A DNA stretch of 64,000 bases from Limnochordia bacterium (GTDB lineage: Bacteria > Bacillota > Limnochordia > DTU080), in assembly GCA_050951545.1 (NCBI GenBank), contig JBMNJG010000007.1, forward strand, positions 320,001-384,000. Reading direction: 5' to 3'. This document shows, piece after piece, positions 38,201-50,200 of the stretch (the first letter of the stretch is position 1; each line of letters starts with the position of its first letter). The position numbers and the translations under genes were made by a program. A model generated the notes under the pieces. It had not been told where the DNA came from. It did no database searches and worked only from the letters and a program-made list of their open reading frames with translations.

Positions 38201-41200
38201 AGGCGGCGAGGTGACCATCGGCGCCCAAAGCATGGGTGCGACAAGCACATCAGCCACAGCCAGCGCTAGGGGCGGCAAGGCAAAGGATGCCTCGACGCCG
38301 GAGGACGGGGTCGACAAGAAAGTTGGAGAACAGACCGCTCTGGCTCAGAAGAAGCGCGATGGGACCAAGGGCGAGGACGATGAGTCGGATGCTGACAATG
38401 GGCGCAAAAAGACACCCTCGGCCGAGACAAGCGAGGGCAAGGCCAGCGTAGCGGCAGCCGTGGGCGTCAACGCGGTCACTTCCACTACCAGCGCCCGGGT
38501 GGCCGACGACGTGAACGTAACCGTCGGTGGCGGCTTGGAATTGACCTCAGCCGCCAATACCGACACATCGGTGAAGGCTGATGGTAGCACTGTGGATGGG
38601 AATCGTAGCGGCGTCGGTGTTGGGGCAGCGGTGGCCATCAACCAAGCGACACTGGTGAATGAAGCTTACCTTGGCAGTGGAGATCATTTCGTTCACGGTC
38701 TGACGATTGAGGCCAAGACGTTGGAGGCCGGGAGCGGGGAATCAGGCGATAGGGAAAACACACATTCCGCAGAGGCCATCTCCGGAGCGGGGGCCTCGAG
38801 AGTAGGCGTAGCTGGCTCACTGGCTCTCAATCTAACCGACAGTCGCACGGCAGCTCGGATAGGGGAAGATGCCGTAGTTGTGAGTGATCGTGCCGACGCG
38901 ACCTTGTCGGCGGCTGACCGCTCGAGGAATATCGCCAAGGCCGTGCCCACCAAGAGTGAGGCGGCGGGAGATAAGACTGGTGTTGGAGCCTCCGTCGCGG
39001 TGAACGTGGCCCTTGGGGAGACTCTGGCCGAACTAGCGGATGAAGCTTACATTGTGATCGTGGAGGCGGCTATGGGCCTGTCGGCTACAGGCGACCACGC
39101 TATGGAGACCGTGGCACAGGCTGGGGCCGAAGGTGGCGTGGCAGTCACGCCAGCCGCTGCGCTATCGGTATCGGAACATGCTACGGTGGCCCGGTTGGGA
39201 ACCCCAATGATCGACACTGGCGAACCCGAAGTCACGATCATTACGGGCGATCTCACTGTCGAGGCGCAAAGCAAGGAGAGCATCACCACCACAGCTAAGG
39301 GCAGCAGTGATGCAGAGTCGGCAGCCATTGGTGCTGCTCTGGCCATCTCCTTGGTAGACAGCACTTCAGAGGCTATCACCGAACGTGGCATCCATGCGGG
39401 CGGCGAGGTGACCATCGGCGCCCAAAGCATGGGCACGACAAGCACATCAGCGACAGCCAGCGCTAAGGGTGGCAAGGAAAAGGATGCCTCGACGCCGGAG
39501 GACGGGGTCGACAAGAAAGTTGGAGAACAGACCGCTCTGGCTCAGAAGAAGCGGGGCGAGACCAAGGGCGAAGACGATGCCGATGACCCCGCCGACGAGT
39601 CAGATGGTGACAATGGGGGTAAACAGGCACCCTCGGCCGAGACAAGCGAGGGCCAGGTCAGTGTGGCCGCTGCCGTGGGTATCAACATCGTTACTTCCAC
39701 CACAAGGGCCCGGGCGGCTGATGGTGTGGATGTGACAGCTGGTGGCGATCTAAAACTGAGCTCAGCCGCCAATACCGACACATCGGTGAAGGCTGATGGT
39801 AGCACCGTAGACGGGAACAACAGCGGCGCAGGTATTGGGGCAGCGGTGGCCATCAACCAAGCGATCTTGGTTAACGAGGCTTATCTTGGCACGGGTGATC
39901 ATCTTGTCAACGGCCTGACGATTGAAGCCAAGACGTTGGAGACGGGGGCTGGAAAAGCCCGAGATGAGGAAAACAAGCATTCCGCGGAGGCTGTCTCCGG
40001 AGCTGGGTCCTCGAAGATCGGGGTAGCTGGCTCACTGGCTATCAATCTAGGCGACAGCCGAATGGCAGCTCGGATAGGGGAAGACGCTGCCGTCACAGTC
40101 ATGGATGGCGACGTGAGCTTGACGGCCGCCGATCGCTCAAGGAATGTGGCCAAGGCCCTGCCCACCAAAAGCGAGGTATCCGGAGAGAAAGCAGGCGTCG
40201 GAGCCTCCGTCGCGGTGAACGTGGCCCTTGGGGAGACTCTGGCCGAGCTAGCAGATCGGGTCGACGTCACCGCTTCCTCTATGAGCCTGTCGGCTACAGG
40301 AGACCACGGTATGGAGACCGTGGCGCAGGCCGGGGCGGCGGGTGGTGTGGCAGTCACGCCAGCCGCGGCGCTATCGGTATCGGAACATGCTACGGTGGCC
40401 CGGTTGGGAACCCTAATGATCGATACTGGCGAACCCGAAGTCACGATCATTACGGGCGATCTCACTGTCAAGGCGCAAAGCAAGGAGAGCATCACCACTA
40501 CGGCCAAGGGCAGCAGCGACGCGGAGACGGCAGCCATTGGTGCTGCTCTCGCCATTTCCTTGGCAAACAGCACTGCAGAAGCTGTTGTCGAACGCAGTAT
40601 TGGCACAGCTGGCAAGGCGACTATCCAGGCTACGAGCACTGGAGCGACACACACATCAGCCATAGCCAGTGCCAAGGGCGGTAGGGAAGAGGATGCCTCG
40701 ACGCCCGAAGATGGGGTCGACAAGAAAGTTGGAGAACAGACCGCTCTGGCTCAGAAGAAGCGGGCTGAGACCAAGGGCGAAGACGACGCTAATGAGTCGG
40801 ATGACCCCGCCGACGAGTCAGATGGTGACAATGGGGGTAAACAGGCCCCCTCGGCCGAGACTAGTGAGGGCAAGGCTAGCGTAGCGGCAGCCGTGGGCGT
40901 CAACCTGGTCACTTCCACTACCAGCGCCCGGGTGGCCGACGACGTGAACGTAACCGCCGGTGGCGGCCTGAAATTGAGCTCAGCTGCCAATACAGACACA
41001 TCAGTAAGGGCTGATGGCAGCACTGTGGATGGGAATCGCAGCGACGTCGGTGTCGGAGCGGCAGTGGCCATCAACCAAGCGACACAGAGAAACGAGGCCT
41101 ATCTAGGCACCGGGACCCATTCTGCCAACGGCCTGGCGGTTGAGGCCAAGACGTTGGAGACTGGGAGCGGGGAATCGGGCGATAAGGACAACACGCATTC

Positions 41201-44200
41201 TGCGGAGGCCGTCTCAGGAGCCGGGGCCTCGAAGGTAGGCGTGGCTGGCTCACTGGCCATCAACCTCACCGACAGCCGCACGGCAGCTCGGATAGGGGAA
41301 GAAGCCATAGTTGGAGGCCAGGGTGGCGACGTAAGCTTGTTGGCGGTTGACCGCTCGACGAATATCGCCAAGGCCTCGCCCACCAAGGGCGAGGTATCGG
41401 GGGAGAAGGCAGGCGTAGGGGCCTCCGTCGCGATGAACGTGGTTCTTGGGGAGACCCTGGCTGAGCTAGCGGATGGAGCCGACATCACAGCTTCCTCGAT
41501 GAGTTTGTCGGCTACAGGGGACCACGGTACGAAGACAGAGGCGCTGGCCGGGGCAGCTGGGGGTGTGGCCGTCACGCCTGTGGTGGCCATAGCGGTGTCC
41601 GACCAAAAGACCGCGGTGGCCACGGGGCGGGGATCCGATATTTCGGTGAAGACTGGCCTCAGCCTGCAGTCAAGGCACATAAGCAGTGTGACGACCCTGG
41701 CCGACGGCAATAGTGAGGCCACTAGCGTGGCAGTGGGGGCGGCGGTAGCCCTGGCATTCGTCACAGACAGCTCCGAAGCGAGACTCGCCGGGGCTGTGGA
41801 ATCCGCAGGCGATGTGAGTCTTGAGGCACGCCAGGCAACTAGCAGCACGACTTCCGCCAAAGCCAACCTCGAAGGCGGCAAAGAGGAAGACGAAAAGACG
41901 CCCGAGGATGGTGTCGATAGAAAGCTTCAGGAGCAGACTGATCTTGCCCAGAAGAAGAAGGATGAGGCCCAAAGGGGCGATGCGGGCGGTCCGTCGGTGC
42001 TTTCAGATGAGTTAGAAAGCCTGCCCTCTGCCCAGACCGATGAGGGCAAGGTCAGCGTTGCTGGGGCAATTAGTGCCAATGTCTCTACGTCCTCGGTCAG
42101 GGCCTATACAGCCGATGGTGCCAGTGTGGAAGCTGAAGGTAGCTTCAGTATTGGCTCCCTAGGGAGCTACGACGCATCAGCCACGGCTGACGGTAGCGCT
42201 GTGGACGGCAGCCGTACCAATGTGGGTGTGGGGGCAGCGGTGGCCGTAAACAAGGTGACATCCGCAAATGAGGCTTACTTGGGTAGTGGGCAGTATGTTG
42301 TAGCCAAGGGGATCACGATTCAGGCTGGAATGATGCCGAAGGCATACGCCACGTCTGTCGCCGAGGCGATATCTGGCGCGGGATCAGAGAAGGTGGGGGT
42401 TGCTGGGTCTTTGGCTCTCCACATTGCTGACAGCGTCACCGTCGCCCAGATACGGGAAGGGGCCGTCGTCGAGGCCAACGACACGGATGTTGTCTTAATC
42501 GCAGAGGGCCGGTCGGGCCGCGGCACTCGAGCCTCCCCGGGCGAAGGAGGATCCAGCGGCGGCTCTGTTGGCGTTGGGGCGTCAGTTGCCATACTGAGTC
42601 TTGCCGACACGACTGAGGCTGGCGTGGAGGAAGCTGCGGATCTTTCCGGTGCGAGGAACCTCACGATCAGTGCCTCTTCGGACCACGACTCAGAGACAGA
42701 GGCCCGAGCTGGAGCTTCGGGCGGCGTAGCCATTGACTCTGTGGTCGGCTTGACCACGATCAGTCAACGCACGCGGGCATCCATTGGTGCGGGCAGTCTC
42801 CTTTCGACGTCCGGCGGTGTTAGTCTCCATGCCGTTGATACGGGCGACAATGGCGTGACGGCCATAGGGGATACAGAATCGGGTAACGTCGGAGTCGGTT
42901 CTTCGGTGGCCTTGATCACTACGGATAGCGATATCAGCGCCGTCGTCGATAGGGATCTGGGCGTGGCAGGGGACATCGATGTAGTCGCCAGTGCCACACG
43001 CAGATATGAGACCACTGCTTCCGCGAGTGCCAAGGGCGCAACGGATACAACCGGCGGAGAGCCCAAGAACACGAGCTCCAAGGCTCTCGATGACAATCAG
43101 GATGCGCAGCAGGGCACCCGGGACGATGGCAAAGTGCTGGCGGCAGCAGCCGTGGCCATCTCGTACATCGATGATGACGTCAGGGCCGCGATCTACGGTG
43201 GGACAGCCAGCGATGAGAGACGGGTCATCGATACGGCTGGAAATGTCCAGGTCAATGCCGTGAACCTTACCAACTTCAGTTCTCGGGCTGACGGCTCCAC
43301 CGCAAGTCTCGAGACCACAACAGGGCTCAGCAATGGTGTCGCCTTGAGTATCCTCAGGAACGATACCGAGGCGCTGATCGGGGATTACAGCTCCGTATCG
43401 GGTGCGAACGACATCTCCGTCAGTGCGGTATCTGAGTCCAATACCGACGCTGCATACCGCGACAAGTTGGCGGCGGAGGCTCTTTCCGGATCTGGGGCGA
43501 AAAAAGCGGGCGTAGCAGGAGCCTTGGCAGTGACGTATTCATCTGCCTCGACAAACGCCTACATTGGCCACGCCACCGATCTCGATGACGTAGGGGACGT
43601 GCTTATCTCCTCGGACAACACCAGCAAGCTCTCAGCTAAGGCCTGGGGCGGTGCCGCGGCCAAGGTGGGTGTTGGGGCTTCGGTAGCCACCATCGTGTCA
43701 GAGAATGAATACCGTGCCTACCTAGGAGATGACGTATTGGCCCGGGTCGGGAGCCTGGATATCCGCACCCGAAACCACAGGATTCATGAGGATGTCCCTT
43801 TTGAGTATGAAGACTTCAAGAGCTTGAATCTGCAGGGGCTGCTTGGTGAAAGCAACTACTATACTGAGGCCCTCGCTGGCAGCGGTGGTACGCAGGTAGC
43901 GGTCACTGGATCGTATGCGGTCAATGTCCTGGACGATACTGCATCAGCTTCCATCGGATCAGGGACGATTGTCTATAGCGATGGGTCTGTCCGGATCGAT
44001 AGCCAGTACGATACGTCTGTCAGGGCGATCACTGGCGGTGTCGTCGCTTCGGGTAAGGTCGGTGTAGGTACTGCCCACACCAGTACCGTCAACTCCAGCA
44101 CCGTCTTGAGCACCCTGTTCGAGGGCGCTCACATCGCCGATGCCAGCTCTGTAGGTATCACTGCGGCTGCGGACACAGATATCGGTTCCTTTGCCGCCAG

Positions 44201-47200
44201 CGCCGCCGCTGCAGATCAGACGGGGGTAGCCGGGGTCTCGTCACTGGTGGTGTCCAGCAATTACGTCGAGGCATCCATGGGAGACGACTCGGGTGTGTTC
44301 ATTGCCGTTCGTCCCGAGTTGGGTGACGATGATCAAGGCGATCTGTTCATCAGGGCGACTAACGAGTACAAGGGTCTGAACATCGCGGGTGATGCGGCTG
44401 GCGGCAGCACTGTTGGGATAGGTGCAGCGCTGGCTACGAATTTCGTATCCAATGCCACCAACGCGTTTATCGGTGAGGGTGCTGAAGCTAGAGCATATCA
44501 CGGTATCGATCTCGCCGCTCTGTCCACACAAGACCTGCGTACAGTGGCCGCCGGGGGTGCCGGTGCGGAGAAGGTGGGAGTCGCGGCCTCATCAACGGTC
44601 AACACCCTGACTACCCAGACCCACGCCTACATCGGGTACGGTGCAGGTGTCAATAGGCCAAGATGGCCAATGCCGGTGATTGTCAGCCCCGAGCAGTATG
44701 TCAGTATCACAGCCACAGATGACACGAAGATGATCAGTGTGGCCGGGGGCGGGGGCTTCGGCGGCAAAGCAGGTGTGGGAGCCGGCATCGACGTCGGCGT
44801 CATAGGCAAGGACACGCAAGCCTTCGTCGCCTCACACCAGGACGCCCCAACGCTGGTCAACGCCTACAATACCCTCAGGGTTCAGGCGCTATCGAGCGAG
44901 GACATTACCTCAGTCTCTGGGGGTTTGGCCGGAGCGTCAACCGCAGGAGTGGCCGGGGCTATGTCGGTGTACAACATCACGAACACTACCAGAGGTTACA
45001 TAGGCGACTATGCATCGGTGCTGAGCATCGGCAACGTGCTGATTGCTGCAGTAGACAACAACGAAATGCGTCTCATCGACGGCAATGCCGCCTTTGCCGG
45101 AACGGCAGGCATCGGAGCTTCGGGAGCGGTCGCTGTGGTCGACAAGAACACCGAGGCGTTCATTGGCCAGCACGCCGAAGTGACTGCCAGGGGCAAGGCA
45201 GCCGGTGTTTTGGTGAACACTGGTCAGTACGAGATCGGCTATGTGACTCATGCCGATGGCGACGGAAACGTTGGCAGACCGGATTACCAGATCACAAACC
45301 TCACGGGGGACACTGATGAAGACGGGAACGACATCATTGATGAAGACGACAGGATAGATAACCAATCCCTGACCATGGACAGGGTGGCCACTCTGCAGAC
45401 AAGAAGCATCAAAGGCCTGGCCGTCAGCGCCACCACCAAAGACCACATTGAGAGTATCGCTGCCGGGGGCGCGGTATCCGGAACGGCTTCTGTATCTGCC
45501 GCAGCCACGGTGAGCACAGTCTGGAACGACACACGAGCCTTCATAGCCGATGGCGCGCAGATCAACCAGAACAACACAGATGCGGGTGCCGATCAGACGG
45601 TGTTTGTGGGCGCAGGGACCGACTACTACCACCTCGGCGTCGCGGGGACCTTGGCCGGATCGGGAACTGCCGGAGTAGGTCCAGGGGCAGATATCTCGGT
45701 GGTCTCCAATTCCACAGAGGCTTTCGTTGGTCGCTCTGCGGTCATCAGCTCAATGAGAGATATCGAGGTTAAGGCCTCCGCACATGAGGATACCCTCTCT
45801 ATCGCGGCTGCAGCAGCAGCTGGCGGGGCTGCCGGCGTTGCTGGAGGCGCTTCCATCAACTACATTGACAACCGCACCCATGCATACGTCGACAATGCGG
45901 CGCGGCTCGCCGCTGAAGGCAATGTCATAGTCGTCTCGGACGATGTCACAAACACGGACGTAATCGCCGGAGTTCTCGGACTCGGCATAGGTGCTGGCGT
46001 TGGCCAGGCACTAGACGTCAGTGTGATAAACAAGGACACCCAGGCCTATCTTGGAGACGACGTTGTTGCCGATGCCAAGGGCAACTCGGGTGGTTACCTT
46101 AGAGTGTTCACGGGGGATGTTGACTCCGCTGGCAACCGCACTGAGAAGAACATGAAAGGCCTGTTGGTGCAGGCCAGTAGCCAGGAAGATATCTTCAATG
46201 TAGTCGCTAGTGGCGGTGCCGGAATATGGGCTGGAGTGGCTGGAGCCGTTACGGTAAACAAGGTCAGCTCCAATACGGCTGCCTACATCGGTGATAGGGC
46301 GAAGGTGAATGCGGACCCGACTGGTGCTGGCAGTGCTCAGGCCATTAGCGTCATTGCCGTGAATGATGTCAAGGCCAGATCGATTACGGGCAGTGCTGGG
46401 GGCGCTTTCGTCGGAGTCTCGGGCGCGGTGGACATCGGGATTGTCGACAACAATACGGCGGCTTTCACTGGCGAGAACGCCACACTTGGAGCCAAGAGCG
46501 ATATTGGCATCGTCGCCTTATCAGGCAAGAACCTGCAAAACTACTCCCTCGGTCACGCCGGCGGTTTTGTAGGGGTGACCGGAGGGGTATCCGTTTGGTC
46601 AGTCGGTAGCGACCTTGATCTTGATCAAGAGACGCCAGTTGGGGATCTATGGTCAGCGCTGGAGTCGGAGGATGGCGGAAGCGTTGAGGGGCTGATCGGC
46701 AGGCATCTGTACGACGCGGATGCAGCGAACGGCGCGCGCCAGGCTGATCTGGCCCGGATAGATAATCGGAACGGGGGAGACGAAGGGAAGAGCTTCGGCG
46801 ACCTCGGTTTCGTCAATGTCGTGGACTTTCTTCTCGGAGGTCACATTGGTGACACCCAAGACACGATCGCGGGTATCAGGGAAGTAGTGAACCTGGTGCT
46901 ATACAGCCTGGCTACGGCTGGTCTGGTGGGAGACGACAGAAAGGGTGTCGAAGCGGCCAGCCAAGGCGACGTTGGGCTGAGGCAGGTCACGAACCTCAAT
47001 GCTTATCAAGTCAGAGGAATCACGGCCTATGTAGGCGATGGCTCCAACTTGGCGGCCCAGAATGTAGCGGTCATGGCCCGGGAAGACCTGGACTTCGACC
47101 AAACAGTGCTTGGGGCGTCGACCGGAGCCGCGGCTGTGGGTGCCGCCGTCAGTATCTCGACGCTGGATGCTTTGGCCGATGCCCATCTGGGACGAAACGT

Positions 47201-50200
47201 GGTACTCAATGCCACCGGGTCTGTGAAGGTGGGCTCTACTCTCAACCAGCACCACGATCTCGATACCATCGCCGGGACCCTGGGGTTCTTTGGCAACCTC
47301 GGCGGCTCGGTCGCCTATGTGAATGATAAGAGCAGCTCCCATGCGCATGTCGGCGACGGTGCCAGGATCGCCAGCGATAGCGACATCCTGGTATTGGCCG
47401 GTTCGGTTCACAACTCCAATATCCTTGCCCTAAACGCCGGGACATCGATTGGCAGCATCAACGGCACGGTTGTCTGGCATGAGACGTCCGGGGGGACCAG
47501 CGCCACTGTCGGCTCGGATACCAAGCTGGCCTCAGGTGGCACTGTAGCCGTCAGGGCCACTTCGGGTATCGACATGCAAGCGGAAGCCTATGCACCATCG
47601 GTAGGAGCATTCCTCGGCCTGGGCGCAGCGGTGGCGATACTGCACGATGCCAGCCAAACTGAGGCATCGGTTGGTGCGGCAACTGAGGTGACCGAGGCGC
47701 GTGCTGTCGAAGTCGAGGCTACCTATGCGCCGCACGTGGATGCCTATACCCATGGTGTGGGCGTAGGTGGCGTTGCGGTGGGTGCCGCGGTGTCTAGGGC
47801 AGAAGTTAGCGGCAGCGTCCGATCTATTCTGGGCCATGGAGTCAAAATCGGCCAACTCCAGGGGCTGACAGTGGGCAGCCTTCTGGTCAATGCATTGATC
47901 AACCTAGCGGATGGTGCCCAAGAGACCGCTGTGGCACAAACCGATGGGGGTGCATCTAGCGGTGCAGTCGGTGCGGTGGGAAGCGATGCCACGGCGATAG
48001 TCAACCCATGGGTCAGTGCCTATATCGGGGGTAATGCTCACATCAAGACGTTGCAGGATATTGGGGTCTATGCGACATCGCTAGCCAGTGCTCAAGCCAA
48101 AGCTAGGGGACTGAACATTTCCACTGCAGGCGTGGGAGTTTCTCTTGCTGAAGCCTTTCTAACCCCTCGCATCAGATCTTATGTGGGCCAATCCTCGGTG
48201 GTCAATTCCGGAGGCAGTATCACCGTCCAGTCGCGTCACAACACGGATAGACAGGGCCAATTGCTCGCTGACATGAAGGCAGAGGCTTCGGCGTGGTCGG
48301 CCACGGGAACGCTAGTTGGCGGGGGCAACGGGGCCGATGCTGAGGCCGATGCTTCGGCTGATATGGACACTTATGTAGCTGGCGGGACGGGTTCTTCACT
48401 ACAGGCGGCCGGGACAGTGAGTATCATTTCCACTTCTGGGAATCGAGCGACGGCCCTTGCAGATGGGCAGGCTTATTCGGGCGGAATCGGCGTAGGAGCC
48501 GTGTTCGCTGACGCAGTCACTTCCGGGACCACGGTTGCTCATCTCGATGCTATCACGGTGAACGCCGGGGCCCTACGCCTGCGCTCGGTCACTAACGACG
48601 ATGCGGATGCTATGACCAAATCTGGCGCCGGTGCGATACTGGCCGGCAGTGGATCGATAGCCAACGCCACCGCCGATTCGGCAACTACTGCGTCTACAGG
48701 AGCATACGTCAATGCCACTGTCACTGGTGGTACGGGTATCATGGCTGTCTCCGGGTCCAAGGCCAACGCTGATGCCAAAGGAGTAAACGGAGGGGTTCTG
48801 GCCGTCGGTGTCTCCCAGGCCACGGCTCTCACAGCACCAGAGGTCAGAGCGTATTTGGGGTGGGGCAACAGGTTGATCACTGCAGGCCTAACGATAAGTG
48901 CTCTAGCACGACCCTTAGGTGACTCTCTGGCTGCCAAGGCGTATTCGTCTGCTTCGGGTGGCGGGCTGGTCGGGGTGAATGCTACCGCTAGCGAGGCGAT
49001 CAACGAGACCAATGTCGTCAGCCATGTTGGCGACGACAGCCTCCTGACGGTGACGGGGACCGTTCTCATCAACGCCCGCGCAGACAGCAAGCAAGAGGCT
49101 AAGTCTACCGCTTACACCGGAGGAATAGTGGCCGCTGGTGCCAACAGCTCCGAGGCCTCGTCCGATACCAACGTCACGGCCTACCTCGGCAAGGGGGTAA
49201 ACGTGTCGAGTGGGGTCTTAGAGGTGCGGGCTCTGGGTGTAGATGACAATTACGCAGAGTCGGTAGCGGGTTCGGGCGGGGTGCTGGCGGGAACCGCGGC
49301 TTCTGCCCACACCAGGACAACAGGACAGACGCAGGCCTATGTTGGTGAGGGCCGTTCATCACGCAGCATCAGTGCTGGAAGCTTCCGACTTGACGCCACG
49401 CACATCGCGTACTTCAATGCCGCGACCGACAGCATCAACGCCGCCGTGGTCGGAGCCAGTGGAGCACAAGCTACGAACACCTTCAACCATGCGGTGAAGG
49501 CCGATGTCTTCGACAATGCGATTATCAAGGCCACTGGTATCAGCATAACCGCAGGCAACACGATCACCAAAGACTGGCTCAACCAGTACAACGTGCGCTC
49601 TGGCTCGGGAGGCTTGCTGGATGCCGCTGCAGCTTCGAGTGTTACCACCATCTCCAATGAAACTTCGATAGGCGTGGGGAACAACGCCCGCCTGGAGGTC
49701 TATGGCGATAGAGAAGATCCCGGGGCACTGCTTCTCGCTGCCACTAACCATATTCAGGCCTATGATCGAGTCAGGCTCGATGCCGGAGGCGCCATAGAGA
49801 TAGCTCGGGTAGAGTCCAGCGTACTCAACAACACACACTCCGCGTCCGTGGAAATCGGGTCTGGCGCCGACCTGCTAAGCGTCGGAGACGTGCATGTGTC
49901 AGCCACGAGTGATGTCGATATCCAGACGCGAGCCAACGCCCGCACCTACGGCGGGGCTGGGGCCGCTGAGGGGTCGTCTCACTCAAGAGCCGCTGTGTCT
50001 AATACGGTCAGTCTTGGCGACGGGGCCTCCATTCTTGCCCTGGGGGATGTCTATCTGCGAGCTGGCAGCGACCACAGGGGGATTGACGGGTATTTCAATG
50101 TGCTAGCCAACACCGATCTATGGAACAAGACTGCCTTCCCCATAGAGACAGACCCGAATGCCCAGGCCTACCTGACTCAGACGACGACCGTGAGTCTCCA

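Noticed and set aside
37880-42720. Repeats as a CRISPR array or DGR template/variable repeats
   Set aside because: Long in-frame coding repeats with no spacers; no cas or reverse transcriptase gene; differences are not obviously adenine-specific
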